A stretch of DNA of 64,000 bases from Frankia alni ACN14a (GCF_000058485.1 NC_008278.1:550962-614961); one strand, 5' to 3'; counted from the first letter of the stretch, positions 47,369 to 57,646 are shown. The notes: generated by a model not told the origin, from the sequence alone. Program-made: numbers and translations.

Positions 47369-48127
47369 TCAGAGGTTCTGGCCGCCGGACAGCTCGATAC
47401 GGGTGCCGTTGGCCCAGCCGAAGCCATCGGCGAGGATCAGCGGCACGGCCGCGCCGATGTCCTCGGCCTCGCCCACGCGGCCCAGCGGGATGGCGCTCGC
47501 GACCGCCTCGTTGAGCTGGGCGTTGTCCCGGAGCCGGCCGCCGCCGAAGTCGGTGGCGATCGCCCCCGGCACGAGTACGTTGACCCGGATACCTCGCTCG
47601 CCGAGCTCCTTGGCCTGATACCTGGTCAGGACCTCGATCGCCCCCTTCGCGGCGGCGTAGGCGGAGGTGCCAGGATGGGTGAAGCGGGCCAGGCCGGAGG
47701 AGACGTTGAGGATGCGTCCGCCGTCGGCCAGCAGTGGCAGCAGCGTCTGCGTCAGGAAGAACGGCGCCTTGACGTGAATCCGGAACAACTCGTCGAACTG
47801 GTCCTCGGTCGTCTCCGTGAACGGCGCGTAGAGGCCGACGCCGGCGTTGTTGACGAGGTAGTCGAGGCGCTCGGCGCCGAGGCCGGCGAGCGTCGTGCGG
47901 ACGTCGGCCGCGAATCGGGCGAAGTCGCCGCTGTTGCCCACGTCGAGCTGCAACGCCGCCGCGGGCACCCCCTGCCCTTCGAGCTCCGCCACGAGCCGGT
48001 CGGCCTCGTCCTTGCGGCTGTTGTAGGTGCCGATGACGCCCACCCCGGCGCGGGCGAGGTGGGTGGCCATGCTGCGCCCGAGGCCGCGGCTCGCGCCGGT
48101 GATCAGGGCGATTCTGCTGTCGGACAT
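47369..48127 (-). CDS. SDR-family oxidoreductase
   Basis: TGASRGLG, NNAG and YAAAK motifs. Confidence 0.8.
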   Translation of the reverse strand: MSDSRIALITGASRGLGRSMATHLARAGVGVIGTYNSRKDEADRLVAELEGQGVPAAALQLDVGNSGDFARFAADVRTTLAGLGAERLDYLVNNAGVGLYAPFTETTEDQFDELFRIHVKAPFFLTQTLLPLLADGGRILNVSSGLARFTHPGTSAYAAAKGAIEVLTRYQAKELGERGIRVNVLVPGAIATDFGGGRLRDNAQLNEAVASAIPLGRVGEAEDIGAAVPLILADGFGWANGTRIELSGGQNL

Positions 48128-48331
48128 GAGTTCCTCATTTCTCCCGTGACACGCCTGTGGTGCTCGTCAACCACCCTGGCACCTCCGCCGGCCGTCAGCG
48201 GAGTCTCGGTCATCCCCGGATCGCGAGTCCGGGGATAGTCCGGCCGGCCGCGGTCATGATGGGGAGGTCGGACGGGCCGTGGGCGCACGGCCGCGTGGAA
48301 GCCGTCGAGTGGAACACGCGGAGGTACCGCC

Positions 48332-49189
48332 GTGCAGCGCCAGGAGCTGGGTGCATTCCTTCGTCACCGGCGGGAGCTGCTGCGGCCGTCGGACGTCGGG
48401 CTGGTCGCCGGTGGTCGGCGGCGGGCGCCCGGTCTGCGCCGCGACGAGGTCGCCGTGCTCGCCGACATGTCGACGGACTACTACGAGCGGATTGAGCAGG
48501 GCCGTGGGCCGAGGCCGTCGCCGTCGATGCTCGGCGCGATCGCGCGGGCGCTGCGCCTCACGCTGGACGAGCGCGACCACGTCTACCTGCTGGCCGGCCA
48601 CGAGGCCCCGCCGCGGCACTGCTCGCTCGGCTACGCCGACGCCGGCCTGATGTGCGTGCTGGACGCACTTGCGCCCACCGTGCCAGCGCTCATCTCCGAC
48701 GACCTCGCCAACGTCGTGGCGCAGAACCCGCTGAACATCGCGCTGCTCGGCCCGATCGCCCGCGCGCCGGGTCGGGCGCACAACTTCCTGTGGCGCTGGT
48801 TCACCGACGGTGAGCTGCGCGCGCGATACCTCGCCGACCAGCACGACACGCTCGGCCGCGAGCACGTCGCGGACCTGCGCGTCACGCTTGGCCGGCGGCA
48901 TGAGGACGAGGCGGTCCGATCCCTCGTCGCCGAGCTCTCGGCGGCCAGCGCCGAGTTCCGCGAGGTGTGGGCCCGCCAGGAGGTGGCGGTGCGGCGGACC
49001 ACCCGCAAGGTGCTCCTCCATCCCGAGGTCGGCCGGCTCGACCTGGAGTGCGACGCGGTGGTCAGCCCGCCGTCCGGCCAGCGACTGGTCCTGTTCCGCC
49101 CGCAGCCCGGTTCGGGGGCGGGTGAACGCCTGGAGATGCTCGCCGTCCTCGGCACCCAGACCTTCCTGGCACCTGGCCGTTCGCGCTGA
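48332..49189 (+). CDS. MmyB-like (XRE HTH plus ligand-binding domain) transcriptional regulator
   Basis: LGAFLRHRRELL...GLRRDEVAVLADMSTDYYERIEQGR. GTG start with GGAGG. Confidence 0.65.
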   Translation: MQRQELGAFLRHRRELLRPSDVGLVAGGRRRAPGLRRDEVAVLADMSTDYYERIEQGRGPRPSPSMLGAIARALRLTLDERDHVYLLAGHEAPPRHCSLGYADAGLMCVLDALAPTVPALISDDLANVVAQNPLNIALLGPIARAPGRAHNFLWRWFTDGELRARYLADQHDTLGREHVADLRVTLGRRHEDEAVRSLVAELSAASAEFREVWARQEVAVRRTTRKVLLHPEVGRLDLECDAVVSPPSGQRLVLFRPQPGSGAGERLEMLAVLGTQTFLAPGRSR

Positions 49190-49203
49190 CGCCGGCCGCC
49201 GGG

Positions 49204-50460
49204 TCAGGCCGGGACGAGGCCGTGCAGCGCTGCCCACCGGCCGACCTCCTCCCGGCGCAGCGCCGTGGCCAGCAGCTCGGGGAATCTGTCCGGGGTGCAG
49301 GCGAAGGCCGGCGCGCCGAGCTGCGCGCAGGTCGCCGCGAGTTGGTGATCGTAGGCGGGGGCGCCGTCGTCGGACAGCGCCAGCAGCACGATGACGGTGA
49401 CCCCGGCGTCGACCAGCGCACGCAGCCGGGCGATCAACGACGACTGGTCGGCGCCCTCGATGAGATCGCTGATGAGGATGAGGACGGTGTCGGCGGGCCG
49501 GCGCACGAGACTCGCGCCGTAGCCGACCGCGCGGTCGATGTCGGTGCCGCCGCCGAGCTGGACCCCGAAGAGCACGTCGACGGGGTCGTCGAGGGAGTCG
49601 GTCAGGTCCACCACAGACGTGTCGAAGACGACCAGCCTGGTGCTCAGGGACCTGATACTCGCCAACGACGCGCCAAGCACCCCGGCGTAGACGACCGACG
49701 ACGCCATCGAGCCGCTCTGGTCGATGAGCAGAATGACGTCGCGCAACGCGGCCACCCGCCGGGCCCGCTGGTATCCGACCAGTCGGTCGACGATGACGGT
49801 GCGCTGCTCGGGCTGGTAGTTGCGCAGGTTGGCGAGGATCGTCCGGTTCCAGTCGACGTCGGGCAGCCGTGGGGTGCGGGCACGCTCGCCGCGGTTCAGC
49901 GCGCCGAACACCGCCGAGCGCAGCGACTGCGCCAACCGCCGCTCGATGTCCTCGACGACCATGCGGACCACCCTCCGCGCGGTCTCCCGGGTGCGTTCGG
50001 GCAGCGCCGAACGCAACGACAGCAGCGTGCCCACCAGGTGGACGTCGGGCTCGGCCGCCGCCAGCAGCTCGGGCTCCATGAGCAGCTGCGCGAGCCCCAG
50101 CCGCTGGACGGCGTCGTGCTGGAGGACCTGCACCACCGACGACGGAAAGTAGTCGCGGATGTCGCCGAGCCAGCGGGTCACCGCCGGCGCCGATCCGCCG
50201 AGCCCCGCCGAGCGCTCCCGGCCGCGACCGCCACCGGATTCGCCGTCGGCGTCGTAGAGCGCGCCCAGCGCGGCGTCGATGTCGGCGTCCCGCTTCGACA
50301 GCGCCCGCGCCGGGCCGAACGCGGGCGCCGCCGGCGCCCCGAGGACCAGCCGCCACCGCCGCAGCCGCTCCTCCTCCGTCACCTCCGTCTTGTCCGTCTC
50401 GCCGTGGGCGGACCGTGCCGGTGGCGGACCGTCGACGTCGGTGATCGTGGGGTCAGGCAT
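49204..50460 (-). CDS. vWA-domain protein (CoxE-like) of the SWIM-MoxR-vWA operon
   Basis: MIDAS LLIDQSGSM. Overlaps the upstream gene by 8 nt. Confidence 0.7.
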   Translation of the reverse strand: MPDPTITDVDGPPPARSAHGETDKTEVTEEERLRRWRLVLGAPAAPAFGPARALSKRDADIDAALGALYDADGESGGGRGRERSAGLGGSAPAVTRWLGDIRDYFPSSVVQVLQHDAVQRLGLAQLLMEPELLAAAEPDVHLVGTLLSLRSALPERTRETARRVVRMVVEDIERRLAQSLRSAVFGALNRGERARTPRLPDVDWNRTILANLRNYQPEQRTVIVDRLVGYQRARRVAALRDVILLIDQSGSMASSVVYAGVLGASLASIRSLSTRLVVFDTSVVDLTDSLDDPVDVLFGVQLGGGTDIDRAVGYGASLVRRPADTVLILISDLIEGADQSSLIARLRALVDAGVTVIVLLALSDDGAPAYDHQLAATCAQLGAPAFACTPDRFPELLATALRREEVGRWAALHGLVPA

Positions 50461-52927
50461 CGGTGTGTTCCTTCTCCGCGCGGGCAGGCGCTGCGCTGTC
50501 GGGGCCGAGCAGGGCGGCGAGGGTGGGCAACACGATCGCGACCCGAGCGGGGTCCCAGGCCGGGCCGTCGCCGGGCGGGATCGCCCCGGTCGGCGGTCTG
50601 GCCGTGGCCGGACTCCCTCCCGGGCTCGTGGTGTCTGCCGGGTCTGTCACGGCGCCGCCCGGGGGCTCGGCGGTCGGCCGGGGCAGGCCGGAGCGGACCC
50701 GTTCGCCGATCAGGCGGCGTTCCGGGCCGGCGAAGGCGGCGAACGTGCGGCGCAGGGGCGCGAGGACGACCGTGAAGGCGTCCCCGTCGAGGCCGGCCAG
50801 CCAGGTGTCGACGAGCGAGAGCATCGCGGGGTCACGGGCGAGCACCGCGCCGGACCGGCCGAGGAAGCCCGCGAGCCAGTGCGCGGCGTCCGCGGGGGCG
50901 CCGCCGGCCGCGGACAACGCCCGCGCCAGCCTGGTCGCCACCGCCGCGGGCGTGAGCCGGCCGGCATCGGACAGGATGCGGGTGCACCGCCCGGCAACCA
51001 GCGGGTTACCACCGGCCGTGGTGGCGGCGACGCCGACCGCCGCGTGCCACCGGGCGACGTGTTCGGGGTCGGCGACGAGCCCGAAGGCGGTGTCCGCGGT
51101 GTCGACGGCGGCGACCATGGCGTCCGCGGCGTCGTCGTCGAGGCTTGCGCAGGCCGCCGGCAGCCCCGCGCAGATGCGGGTCATCAGGCTCGTCGTCAGC
51201 CCGACGACCAGGCCGGTGTCGGTGCCGCGCACGTCGCCGTAGCGGTGGACCCGGGCCAGCGGGGCCAGTGCCAGCATGAGGTGGGCGACGTCGCCGGTCG
51301 TGGCCGCGCGCTGTTCGAGCCCCGCGCGCACCGCCTCCAGCGCGGCGGGCAGGTCCGCGAGGACCACCTGCTCGAACAGCCCGGTGATGGCGGCGAGGTC
51401 GGGCGCTGCCCGGGTGCGCTCGGCGACGACGTCGCCCGCGGCGTCCTCGACGGTCGCACCGTGCCGGGCGGCCACGACGAGTGCCAGCGCGAACGTCGGC
51501 TGCCAGGCGAGCGTCCAGCCCTCGGCGAACGTGCCGGTGCTGCTGGTCGCGGTGGGGATGCCCCAGTCGACGTCGAGCAGGCGCAGCCGGTGCAGCAGGG
51601 CGCTGCGTTCCCGGTCGAGCTCGCGGCGTAGGTCCAGGCGCAGTGGCTTCTCCACCGGGGTGGGTGCGAGCCGCAGCCTCTTCTGCGTGCGGGCGACGTC
51701 GGCGGCCAGCGGCACGGTGGGCACGTCGGGGCCGACGGCGCCGACGACGTCACCGATGACGAGCTGTTCGCGGACGACGGCCAGCGGCACCGGGTCACCG
51801 GCGCAGAGCCCGGCCAGCACCGCGTCGGTCAGCTCGGTGAGCCCTGGGACGGCTCGCTCGCGCACCGCGGCGAGGGCCTCGGCCAGCCGCACGGTCTCCA
51901 CCACCGAGGCCGTCGAGGCGGGCAGGTCGGCGGCGCGCAGGAGCGCCGCGACGCGGGCCACCCACCGGGCGCCGACCTGGTCGGGGGCGGTCCACAGGTG
52001 GTGGTACCAGCCCGGTGACGTGACGCCGGCGCCGTAGCCGGAGTCGGCGCTCAGCAGCGCGTGCGTCCACGGCACCCACGTCGTGGTGGTGCGCACCGGC
52101 CGGATGCCGCGCAGCAGCTCACGGTCCGCCGCGACGGTGGTCCGGCCCGTCCGGCCGGTCAGCGCCGGGACGTGCCACGCACCGCAGAGCACGGCAACCC
52201 GCGCAGCGGCGTCGGCGCCGGTGCTGGCCGCACGGATCGCCAGGCGCATGTGCGCCTCCCGCAGGTCCTCCCGCCGAGCGTGCGCTCCCCGCGACGCAGC
52301 CGGACCGGGCTGGTGGTCGGGATCGCGCAGCGCCGCCATGGCCTCGGCCACGGCGGCGAACAGCTCCAGACCCGGGGAACGGCCGCCCGCGCCGGCCGTC
52401 GGGGTGCTCGCGGGCCGGCGGTGTTCGACGAGGTCCTCCCAGAATCGTTCCGGGTCGTCGTGGCCGGCGGCGAACGCCAGCCAGCCAAGCGGGTCGGCCA
52501 CCAGCTCCGGGACCGTGTCCTCGTCGGCTTCCCCCGTGTCCTCGTCGGCTTCCGCCGTGTCCTCGTCGGCTTCCCCCGTGTCCTCGTCGGAGTCGGTCTC
52601 GGCGTCGCGCCGGCGCAACGCCAGGTCGTGCCCGAAGGGCAGGTCGATGAACCGGGTGGGCACGCCCGCCGCGCGGCCGTGCAGCAGGGCCTGCCACTCG
52701 GGGGAGAACTCGGCGAGGGGCCAGAAGGCGGCGTCGCGCGGCTCGTCGACGGCGTAGGCGGTCAGCGCGACGGGCGGGGTGAGCGCGCCGACGTGGACGA
52801 GCGCGCTGTCCCCCTCGGGCGGCCCCTCGACGAGGACGAGGTCCGGATCGAGCTCGGCGAGCGCCGCCCGCACCGCACGCGCCGAACCGGGGCCGTGGTG
52901 GCGCACCCCCAGAACGGTGACGGTCAT
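50453..52927 (-). CDS. large conserved protein of unknown function (DUF5682/YehM-like candidate) of the SWIM-MoxR-vWA operon
   Basis: 823 aa starting MTVTVLGVRHHGPGSARAV. Has an EDTGEADE x4 repeat. Shares 1 nt with the AAA gene stop. The DUF assignment is from memory. Confidence 0.55.
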   Translation of the reverse strand: MTVTVLGVRHHGPGSARAVRAALAELDPDLVLVEGPPEGDSALVHVGALTPPVALTAYAVDEPRDAAFWPLAEFSPEWQALLHGRAAGVPTRFIDLPFGHDLALRRRDAETDSDEDTGEADEDTAEADEDTGEADEDTVPELVADPLGWLAFAAGHDDPERFWEDLVEHRRPASTPTAGAGGRSPGLELFAAVAEAMAALRDPDHQPGPAASRGAHARREDLREAHMRLAIRAASTGADAAARVAVLCGAWHVPALTGRTGRTTVAADRELLRGIRPVRTTTTWVPWTHALLSADSGYGAGVTSPGWYHHLWTAPDQVGARWVARVAALLRAADLPASTASVVETVRLAEALAAVRERAVPGLTELTDAVLAGLCAGDPVPLAVVREQLVIGDVVGAVGPDVPTVPLAADVARTQKRLRLAPTPVEKPLRLDLRRELDRERSALLHRLRLLDVDWGIPTATSSTGTFAEGWTLAWQPTFALALVVAARHGATVEDAAGDVVAERTRAAPDLAAITGLFEQVVLADLPAALEAVRAGLEQRAATTGDVAHLMLALAPLARVHRYGDVRGTDTGLVVGLTTSLMTRICAGLPAACASLDDDAADAMVAAVDTADTAFGLVADPEHVARWHAAVGVAATTAGGNPLVAGRCTRILSDAGRLTPAAVATRLARALSAAGGAPADAAHWLAGFLGRSGAVLARDPAMLSLVDTWLAGLDGDAFTVVLAPLRRTFAAFAGPERRLIGERVRSGLPRPTAEPPGGAVTDPADTTSPGGSPATARPPTGAIPPGDGPAWDPARVAIVLPTLAALLGPDSAAPARAEKEHTDA

Positions 52928-54093
52928 CAGGCGTCGCCGGGGACGCGCGCGTCGTCGTCCAGGTCACGGCAGGCCCGGTACAGGTCCGACCAGCCCTTCC
53001 GGTCCCGGACCACGCCTTCGAGGTACTCGCGCCAGGCCACGGGATCCGTCGCGGGATCCTTGATCACCGCATCGACGAGCCCGGCGGCGACGTCCTCGGC
53101 TCGCAGTCGGCCGTCGCCGAAGTGGGTGGCCAGTGTGATGCCCCCGGTGATCACGCTGATCGCCTCGGCCGTGGACAGGGTGGCGGTCGGGGACTTCAGC
53201 GTGGTGCGCCCGTCGCGGGTGACGCCGGCGCGCAGCTCCCGGAAGATCTGCACGACGCGGCGCACCTCGCTCGCGGCCGGTGGCTCGTCCGGCAGCGCCA
53301 GCGTCCGGCCGAGGTCGGCGACCCGCCTGGTGACGATCTCCACCTCGGCGTCCTCGCTGGCGGGCAGCGGCAGCACGACGGTGTTGAACCGGCGGCGCAG
53401 CGCCGAGGACATCTCGTTGACGCCGCGGTCCCGGTCGTTGGCGGTGGCGATCACGGCGAATCCGGCGACGGCCTGCACCTCGCTGGCCAGCTCGGGCACG
53501 GGCAGGGTCTTCTCCGACAGCACGGTGATGAGCGCGTCCTGCACCTCGGCGCCCATCCGGGTGAGCTCCTCGACCCGGGCGATCGACCCGCGGGTCATCG
53601 CGCGCATCACCGGCGAGGGCACCAGCGCATCGGGGGAGGGCCCCTCGGCGATCAGGCGGGCGTAGTTCCAGCCGTAGCGGACGGCGTCCTCGGAGGTGCC
53701 GGCGGTGCCCTGCACGACGAGGGTCGAGTCGCCGCTGACCGCGGCGGCGAGGTGCTCGGACAGCCAGCTCTTCGCGGTGCCGGGGCTGCCGAGCAGCAGC
53801 AGCGCCCGGTCGGTGGCGAGGGTGGCGACCGCGACCTCGACGAGGCGCCGGGAACCGATGTACTTCGGGGAGATGACCGTCCCGTCGTCGAGCACGCCGC
53901 CGAGCAGGTAGGTGACGACCGCCCACGGCGACAGCCGCCACGACGGCGGGCGTGCCCTGGTGTCGGCGGCGGTGAGCGCGGCGAGTTCGCCGGCGTACGC
54001 CTGCTCGGCGTGCGGACGCAGCAGCGGCGCGCTGTCCGCGGTGGGACCGGCGTCGGGCGTGGCGGTGCTGGTGGACGGGGGCGCCAGGGTCAT
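52927..54093 (-). CDS. MoxR-like AAA+ ATPase
   Basis: Walker A LLLGSPGTAKSWL and Walker B region ATANDRD. ATGA overlap with the SWIM gene. Confidence 0.75.
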   Translation of the reverse strand: MTLAPPSTSTATPDAGPTADSAPLLRPHAEQAYAGELAALTAADTRARPPSWRLSPWAVVTYLLGGVLDDGTVISPKYIGSRRLVEVAVATLATDRALLLLGSPGTAKSWLSEHLAAAVSGDSTLVVQGTAGTSEDAVRYGWNYARLIAEGPSPDALVPSPVMRAMTRGSIARVEELTRMGAEVQDALITVLSEKTLPVPELASEVQAVAGFAVIATANDRDRGVNEMSSALRRRFNTVVLPLPASEDAEVEIVTRRVADLGRTLALPDEPPAASEVRRVVQIFRELRAGVTRDGRTTLKSPTATLSTAEAISVITGGITLATHFGDGRLRAEDVAAGLVDAVIKDPATDPVAWREYLEGVVRDRKGWSDLYRACRDLDDDARVPGDA

Positions 54094-57000
54094 GAGGGGC
54101 CTTCCTGAGGCAGGTGCACCGGGCGGGTCGGCGCGGTGTCGGCGGGGGGTGGGTCGGTCAGTGCGGCGCGCAGCCGCCGTCGGGCGCCGAGGATCGTGGT
54201 CAGCCGGGTGCGCCCGTCGAGATCCAGGTACCTCGGCCGATCCGGATTGGGATCGCCGAGATCGGTGTCGGGATGCAACGCCCAGGCCATGGGTCCGATG
54301 AGCTCACGCAGGAGGTAGTCGTCGGAGTAGTGACGTGCGGACAGGGCGGTGAGCGCGGTCCACACCGCCCGGGAGAACGGTTCGGACCACGGGCCGGGCA
54401 CCGCGGTCAACAGCGTCGTGATCCGCTCGACCGGCGTGTCCGGCCACCGCCCGTCCTGGTCTCGGGCGGCTGACCCGTCTGGGTGGTAGGAGTCGAGCCT
54501 CAGCCCGCGCAGCGTGTCCGTGAGAGCCTGCGTGCGGGCGGGCTCGGCCAGGCAGGCGAGCAGCCGCCCCTGGTACGTCCGCCCGACGTGGGGCAGCAGC
54601 GCCGCAACCCAGCCGGGATCGCCATGGCGCAGGACGGCGGGCAGCAGCCCGATGCTCAGCAGTTGGCTCACCGGATGGCGTGCCCCGGGCAGGTCGGCCC
54701 CGGCATCGAGGAACTCCTTCGGGGTCAGCCCGGTGCGGCGCGTCCACACGGTCGGATCGACGCGGGCGAGTTCGGCCACGAACATGACCTCGCCCGCCGT
54801 CGCCCTGCCGAGGATCAAGCTGGCCGGATCCGTGTCGCTGATGCCGTCGCGGCGCATCTCGTCACTGCACTCGGCCGGCAGGGTGATCTCGAGATGGTGG
54901 CGCCCGCCCAGCCTGCCGCGCCGTGACGTGATCATTCCTTCGGTGCGCGCCTCGGCGCGTGCCTGCAGCCCGGAGCCGGGCAGGAGCAGAGCGATCTCGA
55001 CCGCGGCCCGGCGGATGTCCTCGCGCCGGTCGTCAAGGGCATGGTCGAGCAGGTCGACGTCCCAGGGACCGAGACCGACCCGCAGCGCCTCGCAGAAGGC
55101 GAGGCGTTCCGCGGCGCCGGCCGCGTCGAACGCGGCGAAGGGGGGATCGTCCGCCGGGCCGCGCAGGAGCGTCACCGCGGCGGCCGGGTCGCGCTGCCGC
55201 AGTTCCTGCACCAGCGTGCGCCGCTCGAGGGCGCTCGCGGTCGGCCAGTCGGCGAGGCGGGTGCGCGAGACCCACCGGCCGTCCGGGTGCAGGCCGGCGA
55301 GCCACCGCCCGCGCTCACCCAGAACCCTGGCGATCGGGGCGCGCATCGCCACATCCCGCAGGCCCCGCGACAGCAGCCCCGCCAGCAGGAGATCCGGAAC
55401 GCGCCACCCTCCCTCGGCCATCAGCTCCAGGTACTGGCGGGTCCCCGCGGGCTCGGATCCGTCCAGCGCGCCCTCGACGATGCGCGCCGCGTGCGGCGCC
55501 AGCGTCGGAGCCCGCTCGGGCGGGGCGGGGGCGGGGGCCGGCAGCGCACGGGCGTCGGCGGCGAACAGGCCGGCGCGGCGCGCGCAGGACGCGAGGGCCG
55601 CCGTCCGCAGCAGAGCGGTGGCGCGCGAGGGCCCGTCCCCCGCCGCGCCGCCTCCGCCGCCGCTTCCACCGCCGCCTCCGCCGGAGCCGGCAGCGTCCCC
55701 GAGGTCGGGGAGGACGGGCACGGCGGCACGCGCCGAGCCGACGACAGCCGCGTCGACCAGGCTCGACCATCCCGGCGTCGGTCGCGGACAGGCGGGCTGC
55801 CCGGGGGGTACTGGGGGCTCGGCCCCAGGATCCGCGGCGCCCGTCCGCGCGGGCAGGCCGGTGCCGGGCTGCGGCCGGGACGCCATCGCCGCCAACGGCA
55901 CCAGCTCGAACCCGTCCCACTCCACTCCGAGGTCGAGGGGGTGGCCGCCGCCGAGGGCCAGCAGGTGCCAACCCCACCGGGCGCCCGCGTCGGCTGTCAG
56001 CGCAAGGGCCTGACCGGCCCGGTCTCGCAGCAGCCAGCGAGCACCGACGCCCGACGGGCCCCCGCCCTGTCGGCCCTTCCGTGCCACCGCGCCCGTCGGC
56101 GCCTTGTCGTGGGCGTCGACGATGGGTGGCAGCACGGTGAGCTGCCGGACGATGAACGCGACGGGGTCGGCCCACGGGTCCGCCGCCAACGCCGGGGTGA
56201 GCGCCGCCAGTGCCTCCTGCCAGGTCCCGGCGGTGTCACCGGCGTCGGTGGCGGCCAGTTCGGCGAGTGGCTGCGGTGCCGTGGTGGTCTCGGCGAGGGC
56301 CACCCTGGTCGGACGACGCCCCGGATACGCGGCTACCTCACCCTGGAAGCGGGTGAGGACAGGCAGAGTCGGCGGCGGGACCTCCTTGGCGGAGCCGTAG
56401 GAGACCAGCAGGGCGAGCCGTTCGATCCCGGCCACCCGCAGCCACTGCCGCCGCCCCTGCAGCTTTCCGGTGGTGAACCGGCGCTCGCCGAGGACGTCGA
56501 TCGGCCCGGCGAGCCGCTCGCCGGCGAGCACGTCCGAGGCGCTGCGGGAGAAGCCGATCCGGTCGCGCACGACGTCGACCAGCGCGGGCTCCACCTCCCC
56601 CCGCCTCGACCAGCCCTCGCAGAGCAGGTACAGGCGGCCGAGCCGGTCGGTGAGCCGCGCCGGCCAGTCGGGACCGCCCGCCGCGGCGATCCGCGCCATG
56701 TCGCGGACGACTTCGGCCAGGCCCGGAGCCTGCGCGTCGACCATCCGCGCCGCGGTCGCCTCCCACCAGGAGGCCGGCTGGACCTGGGCGGCGCCGAGCC
56801 CGCCGTGGGCGAGATCGACCAGCCAGCGGCTCAGCTCCGCGACCCCGGCGTCGACCCGGGCGTCGCGGCGGGCCTGCGTGCGCGCCGCCGACGTGGCGCG
56901 GGACGCCCCGGCCTTCCCACCGGTTCCGGCCTTGCCCGTTCCCGCGGCCTCACCCGGTGCCGCCTCCGGTGAGGCTGCCCGCGCGGCGCGGGCGGCCCGC

Positions 57001-57341
57001 CGGGCGAGCCAGTCCGCGGCCCAGTCCGGCGGATCGTCGCCGGTGGCCAGCGCGGCCGGGGTGGCACAGGCGAGGAACAGCAGGCCGAGGGCATGCTTGC
57101 AGGGGAACTTCCGGCTCGGGCAGGTGCAGGAGGACGCGAACTCGGCGCCGGCCAGCACCACCACCCGGTACGGCGTGGCTCCGCTTCCCCGGCACGCCCC
57201 CCACAGCGCCTGGTTGGACATGCCGAGGCCCGACCAGCTTCCGGTGCTACCGAGCCGTTCGCCCGCCCGGGCGGAAGCCGAATCGGGCGCCAACGTGAGG
57301 ACGGCCTCGCGGCTCATGGCCGAGACAGGTGTCAGCGACAT
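54090..57341 (-). CDS. SWIM zinc-finger protein with Gly-rich linker and large C-terminal region (YehQ/DUF4132/DUF5691-like candidate)
   Basis: SWIM motif SCTCPSRKFPCKHAL. The start was reassigned to ATG 57339-57341, because the track start is a TTG. Confidence 0.6.
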   Translation of the reverse strand: MSLTPVSAMSREAVLTLAPDSASARAGERLGSTGSWSGLGMSNQALWGACRGSGATPYRVVVLAGAEFASSCTCPSRKFPCKHALGLLFLACATPAALATGDDPPDWAADWLARRAARAARAASPEAAPGEAAGTGKAGTGGKAGASRATSAARTQARRDARVDAGVAELSRWLVDLAHGGLGAAQVQPASWWEATAARMVDAQAPGLAEVVRDMARIAAAGGPDWPARLTDRLGRLYLLCEGWSRRGEVEPALVDVVRDRIGFSRSASDVLAGERLAGPIDVLGERRFTTGKLQGRRQWLRVAGIERLALLVSYGSAKEVPPPTLPVLTRFQGEVAAYPGRRPTRVALAETTTAPQPLAELAATDAGDTAGTWQEALAALTPALAADPWADPVAFIVRQLTVLPPIVDAHDKAPTGAVARKGRQGGGPSGVGARWLLRDRAGQALALTADAGARWGWHLLALGGGHPLDLGVEWDGFELVPLAAMASRPQPGTGLPARTGAADPGAEPPVPPGQPACPRPTPGWSSLVDAAVVGSARAAVPVLPDLGDAAGSGGGGGGSGGGGGAAGDGPSRATALLRTAALASCARRAGLFAADARALPAPAPAPPERAPTLAPHAARIVEGALDGSEPAGTRQYLELMAEGGWRVPDLLLAGLLSRGLRDVAMRAPIARVLGERGRWLAGLHPDGRWVSRTRLADWPTASALERRTLVQELRQRDPAAAVTLLRGPADDPPFAAFDAAGAAERLAFCEALRVGLGPWDVDLLDHALDDRREDIRRAAVEIALLLPGSGLQARAEARTEGMITSRRGRLGGRHHLEITLPAECSDEMRRDGISDTDPASLILGRATAGEVMFVAELARVDPTVWTRRTGLTPKEFLDAGADLPGARHPVSQLLSIGLLPAVLRHGDPGWVAALLPHVGRTYQGRLLACLAEPARTQALTDTLRGLRLDSYHPDGSAARDQDGRWPDTPVERITTLLTAVPGPWSEPFSRAVWTALTALSARHYSDDYLLRELIGPMAWALHPDTDLGDPNPDRPRYLDLDGRTRLTTILGARRRLRAALTDPPPADTAPTRPVHLPQEGPS

Positions 57342-57646
57342 GCCAGGGAGTCTGGCCCCGACCTCCGACACTTTTGCCCGGCGCAAGCACCCGGACGAAG
57401 GCCCTCGATCCGACCGGCGGCGCTGGTGGCCGAGGTGCCATGCAGTGAATAGGCACTACGTAAAATGGTTCAACCATCCGCAGGTCTGAATTCTCACACC
57501 GCACCCGAGCCGCTCAACCCGGCCGAGGAAGGTGGGCCTCACCTACCTGGCGGGACCCGGCTCCCCGGCGAGACCACGCTTTGCCTGCGCTGCCGACCGG
57601 CACGGCAGATGGTTGGCGCCACCGGGCTGCGGGAGGGCCACGGTGG

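Noticed and set aside
57400-57646. Possible sRNA in the lower-GC region upstream of the SWIM operon
   Set aside because: Only weak local stems are present. It is more likely promoter DNA for the operon, though I cannot exclude an RNA without expression data.
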